From Promethearchaeota archaeon (lineage in GTDB: Archaea > Asgardarchaeota > Lokiarchaeia > Sigyniarchaeales > SOKP01): a stretch of DNA of 26,938 bases. The DNA lies in contig JBHLNS010000035.1 in NCBI GenBank assembly GCA_048941285.1, positions 9,992 through 36,929 on the forward strand. Reading direction: 5' to 3'. This document shows positions 1-8,546 of this stretch, one piece after another. Position 1 is the first letter of the stretch, and each line of letters begins with the position of its first letter. The notes under the pieces are model-generated. The model was given only the letters and a program-made list of their open reading frames with translations, ran no database searches and was not told the DNA's origin. Both the position numbers and the translations under genes were made by a program.

Positions 1-359
1 TCTACACCAATTGGGTCTCCTATATCATCCAACGCAAAATACACAGCACGTAAATAAGGATCATCTGGATCACAATGCGCAATCAGTTCCATCCGACATG
101 ATACTGGTTCTCCAGGTATTTTTATTGTCTTTATAGCAGGATTTTCTGCGTTAGAATATTCATGATTAAATACAATTATTGTATGGTCTTGATTTTCATA
201 TGTATTGCCAGGGCGTAGATTTTCTATATCTTTTTCATTATTATTTTGATCTTTAACTGATGTGTCTACAGAATCCAATTGAAACGTTGAGAATAATAGA
301 AGAAAAGAAAAAATTGAGAGTAATAGAAGTCCCTTTATTTTAATTCTACAGTTATACAA
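1..359 (-). CDS. Secreted/surface protein, N-terminal part only (runs off the left edge)
   Basis: Not in the ORF track. Manual translation from TTG at 359 is open to the window edge: MYNCRIKIKGLLLLSIFSFLLLFSTFQ...CRMELIAHCDPDDPYLRAVYFALDDIGDPIGV. It has a basic-plus-hydrophobic signal peptide and an AGGTGA SD-like motif just upstream (364-369, minus strand). Confidence 0.8.
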   Translation of the reverse strand, partial: MYNCRIKIKGLLLLSIFSFLLLFSTFQLDSVDTSVKDQNNNEKDIENLRPGNTYENQDHTIIVFNHEYSNAENPAIKTIKIPGEPVSCRMELIAHCDPDDPYLRAVYFALDDIGDPIGV

Positions 360-506
360 ATTCTCACCTTATACAATATTGGATTTGCTTTTAGTAGATT
401 TGATATTTAATTTTAAGTCAAAACATTATTTAAAAATTATATAAACGTTTAACAATTTTGTAAATCGTAAATAACCTTATTGAACGAATGAACAAATCTA
501 AAAGAG

Positions 507-1355
507 CTATAGTTTTCCTATAAACATTGCTGCGACAAATAAAGATCCCAAAATTGCTAAGGATAAGAGATTTGTAATTCGGGCGATTTTTGGAGTAGGA
601 CGAAGAATAAATAATATACTTAATGGAATACCAATAGAAATGATGCCTAACATACATATTAGGTATCCAATTCCTAACAAACCAAGTAAATAAATCATAA
701 TTCCAATTGTATAGGCAATAAATTCATTTATTAAAAGAAAATATCCGCCCCATTTAACTCCATATTTTTTAGGAATTGTTATTGTATCAGTTTTCTGATC
801 GTATGGAAGATCTCGTGTATCTCCTAAAACTCTTGCTCCAGTCATAGCAAAAAACAGAAACAATGCTAAAAGTATTACACTTAATTCAAAATTATAAGCA
901 AAAAGTGCACCAATCAACACATAAAATCCTTGAAGTGCTCCTAAACTGAATGCACGTAAAAGTGCTGTATCAAGCAATCCATGAACAAGTCCGCCGATAA
1001 CTCCTATTAAACATATAAGGGGGATTAGAGCCCAAGGATTGATGATAATGCAAATTAAACTACTTATTATAAAGCATGAAATTACGAATATGAGCCCTCC
1101 ACGAGGAGATAGAGTACCTCTCGCAATAGGGTTTTTTAGATTTCCTGAGGCACGATCTTTCTTATAATCCCCAAGGTAATCAAAAAAAAACCCTCCGGCT
1201 GATAAAATTGCTCCAACAAATCCTGAAAGAACACAATTTATCAAACTTCCTCCAAGTCCATAAGAAACTGAGCTTGTTATCATAATAAACATGATTATCC
1301 TGCCTAAACGCCAATCTCCAAAAATTAGTTGCATTTTAGACGACATAGTTGTCAA
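507..1355 (-). CDS. UbiA-family intramembrane prenyltransferase (DGGGP-synthase-like, divergent)
   Basis: Multi-TM protein with two Asp-rich motifs, DYLGDYKKDRASGNLKNPIARG (cf. NDxxDxxxDxxNxxxRPxxxG) and DTRDLPYDQKTDTITIP. The start may be the ATG at 1346 (MSSK). Confidence 0.85.
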   Translation of the reverse strand: MTTMSSKMQLIFGDWRLGRIIMFIMITSSVSYGLGGSLINCVLSGFVGAILSAGGFFFDYLGDYKKDRASGNLKNPIARGTLSPRGGLIFVISCFIISSLICIIINPWALIPLICLIGVIGGLVHGLLDTALLRAFSLGALQGFYVLIGALFAYNFELSVILLALFLFFAMTGARVLGDTRDLPYDQKTDTITIPKKYGVKWGGYFLLINEFIAYTIGIMIYLLGLLGIGYLICMLGIISIGIPLSILFILRPTPKIARITNLLSLAILGSLFVAAMFIGKL

Positions 1356-1515
1356 TTTACACTAGTTTAATAATTGAAAAGTATTATGCGATAATTATGC
1401 ATCTTTATTAAGATTATTTAACCATCCTAATCTAATTTAAACCACGAAAATACTTAATTTAAAATAAGAGAAGTAGTATAATATTAATAAAAAATATATC
1501 TTAGGCGTTAAAACG

Positions 1516-2469
1516 ATGGGTAATATTATTTTAAAAAGGAGCGTTAAAGTTTATCTACTTATTTTGTTTATTATAATCTTTACAATGTGGCTATGTGTTT
1601 TACCACTTAAAAGTCCGTTGAACCATAACATATCCCAAATTAATTTAAGTGCAAGTCAATTTAGGTATAAAATGACTTTAGATTATCCTTTTGATTGGAT
1701 AGATGCTTCTAGTGGAACTGGATTGTTATTAGGCGATGACGATTCATCTTCAACCACACTTCCATTTAATTTCACATTTTATGATGGTACTTTTGAAGAG
1801 ATTCATATCGTTACGGAGGGTTATCTTACTTTTTCATTTAAATCTGTGCTAACAAGTGGTGTAATACCTTCAAGTCATCCACACAGACAAAACATTATTG
1901 CCCCCTATTGGACGAATTTGGATGGTATATCTGGGAAGATTTATATTAAAAATTTCACTTCATACTGGGTAGTTGCATGGGAAAATTTTCATCATAATAA
2001 TGGTTCATTTGCAGGCTCCTTCGAAGCTGTTTTATATAACGATGGAGATATTGTCTTTAATTATGATAAATTACAAAATATAAGTACCTATACCTGTGGA
2101 CTAAATTATGGAGATGGAATTAATTATAGTTCTTATAATGAACTAGCTTCAAATGTTAATGATTTTTCGATAAAATTTAGCCTTATTATTGGTGATGGTG
2201 GTAATGGTGGTTTTGATAATAATTTTATAAACGCTATTGTCGGTGTGGTTGTAACTTTAGGAATCGTATCTACAGCAGGTGGTATCACTTTCTATTACTA
2301 TAAAAAGAATCCAGAACAGTTTAAGGCGAAATTACGTAGAGGAAAAGCAAAAATTGAAGAAAGTACATCAAAATTGAGAAAAAAAGTTAAAAATGGATTA
2401 GAAAGGTCAAAAGAGCAAGTTAAAAAAGTCAAAACTAGAATTAAACAAAAGACTCCAAAAAATGAATAA
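1516..2469 (+). CDS. Membrane-anchored surface protein with NIDO/nidogen-like extracellular domain and Lys-rich cytoplasmic tail
   Basis: N-terminal hydrophobic signal, DDDS..LPFNFTFYD...EGYLTF...IIAPYWTNL...VVAWEN...FEAVLYNDGDIVFNY pattern typical of NIDO-like domains, Gly-rich linker, C-terminal TM (AIVGVVVTLGIVSTAGGITFYYY), then a K/R-rich tail. Confidence 0.7.
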   Translation: MGNIILKRSVKVYLLILFIIIFTMWLCVLPLKSPLNHNISQINLSASQFRYKMTLDYPFDWIDASSGTGLLLGDDDSSSTTLPFNFTFYDGTFEEIHIVTEGYLTFSFKSVLTSGVIPSSHPHRQNIIAPYWTNLDGISGKIYIKNFTSYWVVAWENFHHNNGSFAGSFEAVLYNDGDIVFNYDKLQNISTYTCGLNYGDGINYSSYNELASNVNDFSIKFSLIIGDGGNGGFDNNFINAIVGVVVTLGIVSTAGGITFYYYKKNPEQFKAKLRRGKAKIEESTSKLRKKVKNGLERSKEQVKKVKTRIKQKTPKNE

Positions 2470-2585
2470 TTAAATTAAAATTAAGGTCTAATTAATCTCT
2501 ATCAATATTGGACAAAAAAGAATTAAATAAGAATACATAATTAATTTAATGTAAAAGTAATCTATTTTTAAGTCAAACTAGTATC

Positions 2586-2936
2586 ATGAGGAAAATTGAA
2601 AGGAGATCAATTTTATTGGGATTAGGTCTAACAATAATTGCTATTTCTGGAGTTTTTATCATTTTAAGTGCATTTCAAATAAATTATCAACAAACTATAA
2701 TAGACGAGCAAAAACAAATCATAGATGATAATAGACAATGGGCAGAGAAAATTACATTCTGGGAAGTTACGGGAGGATTAGGAGAGGATATCATTGAGGG
2801 TGAAAAAATATACTATGAAGCATTAGCAAAATACTCATTAGCAGTACAAACGCAAAATTTAGCAATATTTTTAATCATTATATTTAGTTTAATTATTGTT
2901 ACTACAATAGGAAGCCTAGTTATTAAATTGACTTAG
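2586..2936 (+). CDS. Hypothetical membrane protein (2 TM helices flanking a helical loop)
   Basis: 116-aa ORF with ATG start, hydrophobic segments at both ends and a short QQTIIDE/QKQIIDD repeat. Confidence 0.75.
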   Translation: MRKIERRSILLGLGLTIIAISGVFIILSAFQINYQQTIIDEQKQIIDDNRQWAEKITFWEVTGGLGEDIIEGEKIYYEALAKYSLAVQTQNLAIFLIIIFSLIIVTTIGSLVIKLT

Positions 2937-3152
2937 ATTTTAATGCTGGGAGATGAATAGTTAAAAGATTTTAATTTAAATTGTGGCTCTGTACTATTTT
3001 AAACTAGTCAAATTATTTTGAATAATATCGAAAGATTCAAGAGGTTATTTAAATAAAAGTTGAATTCAATATTTTATTTAAAAAGTGGTTATAATCCTAA
3101 TTTTTTTAAATTGAGATAAACCTAATCATAAAGAATTTTTAATAGCTATTGA

Positions 3153-4034
3153 GTGAAAAATATGGATTTAGCTTTTCTAAAAAATCGTAAAATTATTATA
3201 TTAATCATAGCGGCTATAATCGTCATCCCCTCAACTATTGGTATTATATTCGCAATTAATATCTTATTTACCCCCACCTTCCATCCGTCAATAATAATTG
3301 AATCCAATTCAGATTTTATCCCTTATGATTTTCCAGGAAATGGAACAGAAGAGAATCCATATATCATAAAAGATCTAAAAATTAGTGCGAGTGTTGATTT
3401 GAATGATATGAATGTTGGAATTAGTATACGAAATACAGATCGATTCTTTATTATTAAAAACTGTCTTGTATATTCTGATTTTTTAGGGATTAGTCTTATA
3501 GAAGTGGCTGCTGGAACCTCATGGATTATTAATAATACATGTATCTCAAAATCTGGTGACGGTGGTGGAATTATTTTAAACCAAATGACCAATTCCACAA
3601 TAAAAGGTAATTTATGTATTAATTTTATGCAAGGAATTCATATCAATCATGTTACATACTGCTTGATTAAATCAAATATTGTAGAAAGCAATAATTATCA
3701 AGGTATAAATGTTCGCTATTCAAGTCATAATTTAATCATCAATAATACGGTAAAATTTAGCCCTCAACATGGAATAGCGATTGTAGGGAATGCTAATTTG
3801 AATAAGATATATCATAATAATTTAATCAACAACTCCTTTTCAGAAACCTATGATGTTGATGGTAGATTGACAGGTACGATTAATAGTCAAGGATTTGATG
3901 AAGGAAGTGATAATAATTGGTATAATGATATAACCAAAAAAGGAAATTATTGGTCAGATTACCAAGGAATCGGAAATTATTCAATTGACGGCCCTGCTGG
4001 AACAGAAGATAGATACCCCTTTGAGATTAATTAA
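3153..4034 (+). CDS. Membrane-anchored right-handed beta-helix (NosD/PbH1-repeat) surface protein
   Basis: N-terminal TM anchor, FPGNGTEENPYII motif, repeated GIxL/IxxNxI beta-helix turns, and C-terminal GNYWSDY..Y.IDG...DRYP motif. The start may be the ATG at 3162. Confidence 0.85.
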   Translation: MKNMDLAFLKNRKIIILIIAAIIVIPSTIGIIFAINILFTPTFHPSIIIESNSDFIPYDFPGNGTEENPYIIKDLKISASVDLNDMNVGISIRNTDRFFIIKNCLVYSDFLGISLIEVAAGTSWIINNTCISKSGDGGGIILNQMTNSTIKGNLCINFMQGIHINHVTYCLIKSNIVESNNYQGINVRYSSHNLIINNTVKFSPQHGIAIVGNANLNKIYHNNLINNSFSETYDVDGRLTGTINSQGFDEGSDNNWYNDITKKGNYWSDYQGIGNYSIDGPAGTEDRYPFEIN

Positions 4035-4321
4035 TTTCCTTTATTTTATTCAATAATTCATTTTTTTATTATAATTTCAAGACTAAATATATTTTAAGGA
4101 AGTATACCCTATAAAGAATAAAAACGTTGTACACATTGATTTTAGAGCATGAATTAATGAAAATTATTAATTAAAGACGAGATTTTTAATAAAGAAATTC
4201 ATACTCTTGATAGTTTGTTTATAATGGGTAATTTTTTATTGTTTGCTTTGTTATTTAAACAAAAGTTTATTTAAATAAATGTCAATAATATTCATTTAAG
4301 ATTTTAAGAGTTCTAGAACAC

Positions 4322-5512
4322 ATGATTCTCTCATTTCCAAACATGGGTCCAAATTGGGTAGCATTTAAAACCTTGTTTGAACAGTTAGATCCATCGATAA
4401 GAGTTGTGATTCCAGATCCGACAAACCGAGAAGCGATCAAGATTGGAGTAAAATACAGTCCAGAATTCGTTTGTTTCCCATTTAAAGCAACTTTAGGAGA
4501 TTTTGTAAATGCTATCAAAAAGGGAGCAGATACTTTAGTTATGGCTATCGATTGCGGACCCTGTAGATTTGGGTTTTATCATGCTGTCCAAGAACGCCTT
4601 CTACATGATATGGGTTATAAACATGTGACTGTTATTCCATTAGATCAAGCAGATTTATTAGAATTCCACTGGGTTAAAACTCTACAAGACGTTAGTGGAA
4701 AAAGTGGGCTTTTTGCGTACCCAAGATTTATAAAAGCTGTGATTTTTTTCATGAAAAAAGCCAAGCTTTTACAAGATATTCAAACTGCAGAAGGGTTATT
4801 TCGTGCATATGAACGAAATCAGGGAGATACTACTGAAGTATTAAATAGTATATTAAATAAGCTTGATCAAGCCAATACGATCAAAGAACTCAGAAATTTC
4901 AAAAATGTGATAAAAGAAGATTTTAATAAAATTGATGTTGACAAAACTCGAACTCCTTTAAGGGTTGCAATATTTGGTGAAATTCATATAAGTATGGAAC
5001 CATATGTAAACGTGGATATTAGACGTAAGTTTGGAGAAATGGGTGTTGAGATACATCAAAATTTAAGTTTGTGGGATTGGGTATCACATAAATTTCACCT
5101 TAATTTCAATAGAAAATGGTTAGAACATTTATCCCATCCTTATGTTCCGATGGATATTGGTGGTGAATGCCAATGGGTTTTAGGAGAATATATTGATAGA
5201 GCTCAAACTGGCTTTTCGGGGAGTTGTCACGTGTACCCTTTCACCTGTATGCCCGAGGTTACTGCTAGAACGATTATTACGAATAAACTCAAAAAAATCT
5301 ATGATCTTCCGATAATATTCTTTTCATTCGATGAGCATAGTGGTACAGAGGGTATGCGAACTAGACTCGAAGCCTTTGTTGACCTAATGGAGTCAAGGCG
5401 TAAGCATAAATTGGGAATTGAGAAAATCTCTTACGAAGATGATAGGAATAAATTCTATAAAGAAAATGGAACACATTTTTTTCAGGAATGTCTACAATTA
5501 ATACAAACCTAA
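4322..5512 (+). CDS. Fe-S 2-hydroxyacyl-CoA dehydratase/reductase-like subunit ('CoA protein activase' family; PlsR-like)
   Basis: Motifs SFPNMG, YSPEFVCFPFKATLG, CGPCRFGFY, VAIFGEI, GGE, YPFTCMPE and FSFDEHSGTEGMRTRLEAF, with three spaced conserved Cys as likely cluster ligands. Confidence 0.85.
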   Translation: MILSFPNMGPNWVAFKTLFEQLDPSIRVVIPDPTNREAIKIGVKYSPEFVCFPFKATLGDFVNAIKKGADTLVMAIDCGPCRFGFYHAVQERLLHDMGYKHVTVIPLDQADLLEFHWVKTLQDVSGKSGLFAYPRFIKAVIFFMKKAKLLQDIQTAEGLFRAYERNQGDTTEVLNSILNKLDQANTIKELRNFKNVIKEDFNKIDVDKTRTPLRVAIFGEIHISMEPYVNVDIRRKFGEMGVEIHQNLSLWDWVSHKFHLNFNRKWLEHLSHPYVPMDIGGECQWVLGEYIDRAQTGFSGSCHVYPFTCMPEVTARTIITNKLKKIYDLPIIFFSFDEHSGTEGMRTRLEAFVDLMESRRKHKLGIEKISYEDDRNKFYKENGTHFFQECLQLIQT

Positions 5513-5514
5513 TA

Positions 5515-6549
5515 ATGGTGAATAAAATAGTACAAGTTTCTGATAAAGTGGTTAATGAAGATGGAAAGCTAGACGCTTTTCTTGGAATTGATATTGGGAG
5601 TGTTACATGTAAGTTTGTTTTAATGGACTTAGGTGGAAACGTTTTAACGAGTGTATTTTTACGTAACAGGGGTTCCCCAATCGACTCTGCTAAAGCAGGG
5701 ATGGAAGATTTAAGAGTAAAAATTGAAGAAAATGAAGAATTACAACAGTATAAAATACGGTGTTGTGGAACCACAGGTTCAGCAAGATATCTAACAAAAG
5801 CTATTGTAGGTGGAGATCTCGCTAAAACAGAAATCATTGCTCACGCTGTAGCTACTCAATCACTCTATCCTGATGTAAGAACGATTTTAGAAATTGGTGG
5901 ACAAGATTCAAAAATCATTATTTTACGTGATGGAATTATTGTTGATTTTGCAATGAACTCTGTGTGTGCTGCAGGTACAGGTTCTTTCCTTGATCATCAA
6001 GCATCTAGACTTGGTATTCCAATTGAACAGTTTGGAAACTATGCGGTCAGATCAAAAAATCCTGTTAGCATTGCTGGAAGATGTACAGTATTTGCTGAAT
6101 CTGATATGATACACAAACAAAATGCAGGATATTCAAAAGAAGATATTATTGCAGGATTATGTGATTCATTAGTTAGAAACTATATGAACAATCTATCAAA
6201 GGGTAAGGAATTAGCACAACCAGTTGTTTTTCAAGGAGGAGTGTCATATAATAAAGGAATTATTCAAGCTTTTGAAAGGCATTTAGGATGCGAGGTAATT
6301 GTTCCAAAATATAATGTTTTGATGGGCGCTTTAGGAATGGCAATTCTTGTTAGAGATTATTATTTGGACCACGCACAAGAAACTCTATTCCGGGGTCTCC
6401 ATGTTGGGGATTTAGAGTTCAAGACATCAACATTTCATTGCGGAGACTGTCCTAACAATTGTGAAATTGTCCAAGTTAAAATGCCACAAGACGAGAATAA
6501 AGTTATTGCCCGATGGGGAAGTAGATGTGGAAAGTGGGAGGTTTTCTGA
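5515..6549 (+). CDS. ATP-dependent [4Fe-4S] CoA-substrate-specific enzyme activase (HgdC/BcrAD/BadFG family) with C-terminal Cys motif
   Basis: ASKHA motifs LGIDIGSVTCK, TTGSAR, EIGGQDSK, MNSVCAAGTGSFL, RCTVFAESD and GGVSYN, plus C-terminal CGDCPNNC...GSRC. The ATG at 5515 lies 2 nt after the upstream stop and is preferred over the overlapping ATG at 5488. Confidence 0.92.
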   Translation: MVNKIVQVSDKVVNEDGKLDAFLGIDIGSVTCKFVLMDLGGNVLTSVFLRNRGSPIDSAKAGMEDLRVKIEENEELQQYKIRCCGTTGSARYLTKAIVGGDLAKTEIIAHAVATQSLYPDVRTILEIGGQDSKIIILRDGIIVDFAMNSVCAAGTGSFLDHQASRLGIPIEQFGNYAVRSKNPVSIAGRCTVFAESDMIHKQNAGYSKEDIIAGLCDSLVRNYMNNLSKGKELAQPVVFQGGVSYNKGIIQAFERHLGCEVIVPKYNVLMGALGMAILVRDYYLDHAQETLFRGLHVGDLEFKTSTFHCGDCPNNCEIVQVKMPQDENKVIARWGSRCGKWEVF

Positions 6550-6553
6550 AAGA

Positions 6554-6748
6554 ATGACGGAGTTTTTAAAACAACTAAGGGAATTAGGAGAAGAGTTTTT
6601 TGAAACAATCAAACATAAGACCAAATTAAGTACGATTTTTGATCTCTACACTGAAAAACTTATTCCTACATTTGTTTCAGAAAAAGAATTGAAAGAATAT
6701 TATGAAAAAAGAATGGAAGAAGTTAATGATTTTATTGACAAACTTTAA
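6554..6748 (+). CDS. Small (64 aa) charged helical protein of unknown function
   Basis: ATG at 6554, 4 nt after the activase stop; MTEFLKQLRELGEEFF...NDFIDKL. The ORF track's 6461 start overlaps the activase and is unlikely. Confidence 0.7.
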   Translation: MTEFLKQLRELGEEFFETIKHKTKLSTIFDLYTEKLIPTFVSEKELKEYYEKRMEEVNDFIDKL

Positions 6749-6799
6749 CATAATTAATTTAATTAATTAAAATAAATTAATATAAAAGGTAATGAAAAA

Positions 6800-7501
6800 A
6801 TGAGTGAAAGTGTAAGTGCAGACAATAAAGAAGAAGGAGATAAGTTAAATCCAAAATTAATAGCTTTTGATATGCTTTATGGAGCTGTGAAAGGATTAAG
6901 CGGCTTATTCTTTAAAGCTTTCATGGATTTAAAGATTGAAGGGCAAGAAAACATTCCTTTCAGAGGAAAAGCGATTTTAACCACAATTACACCGAATATA
7001 ATTCGAGATATGTTAATCATCGCTCAGGTATCGGGGCGAAAAATTCATTTCATGCTTGATCCTAAGTTGATGAAACATCAAATAGCTGGCCCTGTTTTGA
7101 AGAGTCTAGGAATGATTCGAGGAACTGAAAGTAAGGAAGATACTGAACCAATCGAGAAAGTTTTTGAGATTTTGAACGAAAAAGGTGACCTTGTTGGTAT
7201 GACTCCAGAATCTAGGCATGATCGTGAAGTACAGATTAAATCTATGGCAGCAATTATAAAATTTGCGATTGCAGGAGATGCTCCAATTATTCCAATTGCA
7301 ATTACAACACATAAAACTAAGATTCTAAATATGTTTACTGGAGATGGAATAAAAGTAAAGGTTGGAAATCCTTTACATATCGAAAAGCGATTAAACCGAG
7401 AAAAAAATCGAGCTGAACGCTATGAGCTTGCAGAAGATATAATAAACATCATCGATTCGCTCAAAGAATCCCCAGATCTCGAAGAAATTAATAATAATTA
7501 A
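6800..7501 (+). CDS. PlsC/lysophospholipid acyltransferase-fold protein with degenerate catalytic motif
   Basis: LKIEGQENIP..GKAIL, IHFML..KLMK..IAGPVLKSLGMI, VGMTPESR (cf. FPEGTR), APIIPIAI and IKVKVGNP. Block I reads TTITPNIIRD instead of NHxSxxD. Confidence 0.8.
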   Translation: MSESVSADNKEEGDKLNPKLIAFDMLYGAVKGLSGLFFKAFMDLKIEGQENIPFRGKAILTTITPNIIRDMLIIAQVSGRKIHFMLDPKLMKHQIAGPVLKSLGMIRGTESKEDTEPIEKVFEILNEKGDLVGMTPESRHDREVQIKSMAAIIKFAIAGDAPIIPIAITTHKTKILNMFTGDGIKVKVGNPLHIEKRLNREKNRAERYELAEDIINIIDSLKESPDLEEINNN

Positions 7502-7574
7502 TAGGATTATTTTAAGCTATTTTTTATCAAATTCTTCTCTTTATGAATATCAAGATATTTTTATAGACTTGTAG

Positions 7575-8546
7575 TTATAAAGTTATTGTAAAGTTTATTA
7601 TTAAAAAGATTATAAGAATTATCGATAAAATTATTCCATCATTCCATTTAATCGCCTTTTTCTTTGAAATCCAATTAAAATAGAAGATTAAAATTAATAA
7701 AATTAGCCAGTTCCAAAAAACGATCCATGAAAGAACAAAATTCACTATAATAATAGCACTTATTCCGAAAGTAAGTGTTAAATTCCAGAACACTTTTCCT
7801 ATCATTCCTCCTAAGCCAATTTCTACACTCTTTTTCTTTATAGCTTTTATAACTAAAGTGAGTTCTTCAACATTTGTCACAAAAGCAATAATAACAAATC
7901 CAAAGAATGTCTCTGGGATATTTGTGAATAAAATGATTTGTTCTGCGGAAAATATTAACAATTCTCCACCTAAAAATATGAAAATAAAGCTAATAATGAT
8001 CAATGTTATTTTTTTAAATTTTGTCTTTTCTTTCAATTTTTGAACTTTGTTATCATTTTGGGCTACATTATCTTTCGAAATTTCTAGGGTAATACTTCCC
8101 TTGTTGATCCTTTTTGTATTTATAAGAAAGTAAATCAAATAGAGAAAAATAGCAACAATCCCAACAATAAATAGTCCAAAGTTAAATAAAGTCCCGAGGA
8201 AAAGTAAAAAAATACTACAATATAATAATAAAAAGTAAAATTGTGCTACAGATTTGAAACTGAGTTTATAGAAAAAAGCGGGGATTGCGAAACTAATAGT
8301 TAATGCTATTATGGAGTTACCTATGACATTTCCTACAGCAATATAGGATAATCCACTTATCGCAGCAAGGATAGAAGCTATTGATTCTTCTGGGTCAATA
8401 CCAATAATTAATGCACCAATAATAAAAGGAGATACTCCATATATAATACAAATATCTTTTAGATTGTCTAAAAATACATCTGCAGCAAAAAAAATTATCA
8501 AATAACCAACAATGAAAAGCGGAACCCAAAGAATAAGTTCTATCAT
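7575..8546 (-). CDS. Ca2+:cation antiporter (CaCA/Na_Ca_ex) family protein, divergent
   Basis: Two inverted 5-TM halves with alpha-repeats GIDPEESIAS...AVGNVIGNS and FVTNVEELT...LGGMIGKVFWN. The ATG overlaps the upstream GNAT stop (ATGA). Confidence 0.85.
   Translation of the reverse strand: MIELILWVPLFIVGYLIIFFAADVFLDNLKDICIIYGVSPFIIGALIIGIDPEESIASILAAISGLSYIAVGNVIGNSIIALTISFAIPAFFYKLSFKSVAQFYFLLLYCSIFLLFLGTLFNFGLFIVGIVAIFLYLIYFLINTKRINKGSITLEISKDNVAQNDNKVQKLKEKTKFKKITLIIISFIFIFLGGELLIFSAEQIILFTNIPETFFGFVIIAFVTNVEELTLVIKAIKKKSVEIGLGGMIGKVFWNLTLTFGISAIIIVNFVLSWIVFWNWLILLILIFYFNWISKKKAIKWNDGIILSIILIIFLIINFTITL

Noticed and set aside
1383-1402. ATTATGC direct repeat / near-palindrome between the divergent UbiA and NIDO-like genes
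   Set aside because: Only two short copies and no adjacent regulator; too weak to call an operator.
6547-6603. Selenocysteine read-through of the activase TGA stop
   Set aside because: The TGA falls at the natural end of the family motif, read-through meets another stop soon after, and I saw no SECIS-like AUGA/GA stem.
6751-6769. Perfect inverted repeat TAATTAATT-T-AATTAATTA before the PlsC-like gene
   Set aside because: It is pure A/T low-complexity sequence and is expected by chance at this base composition.
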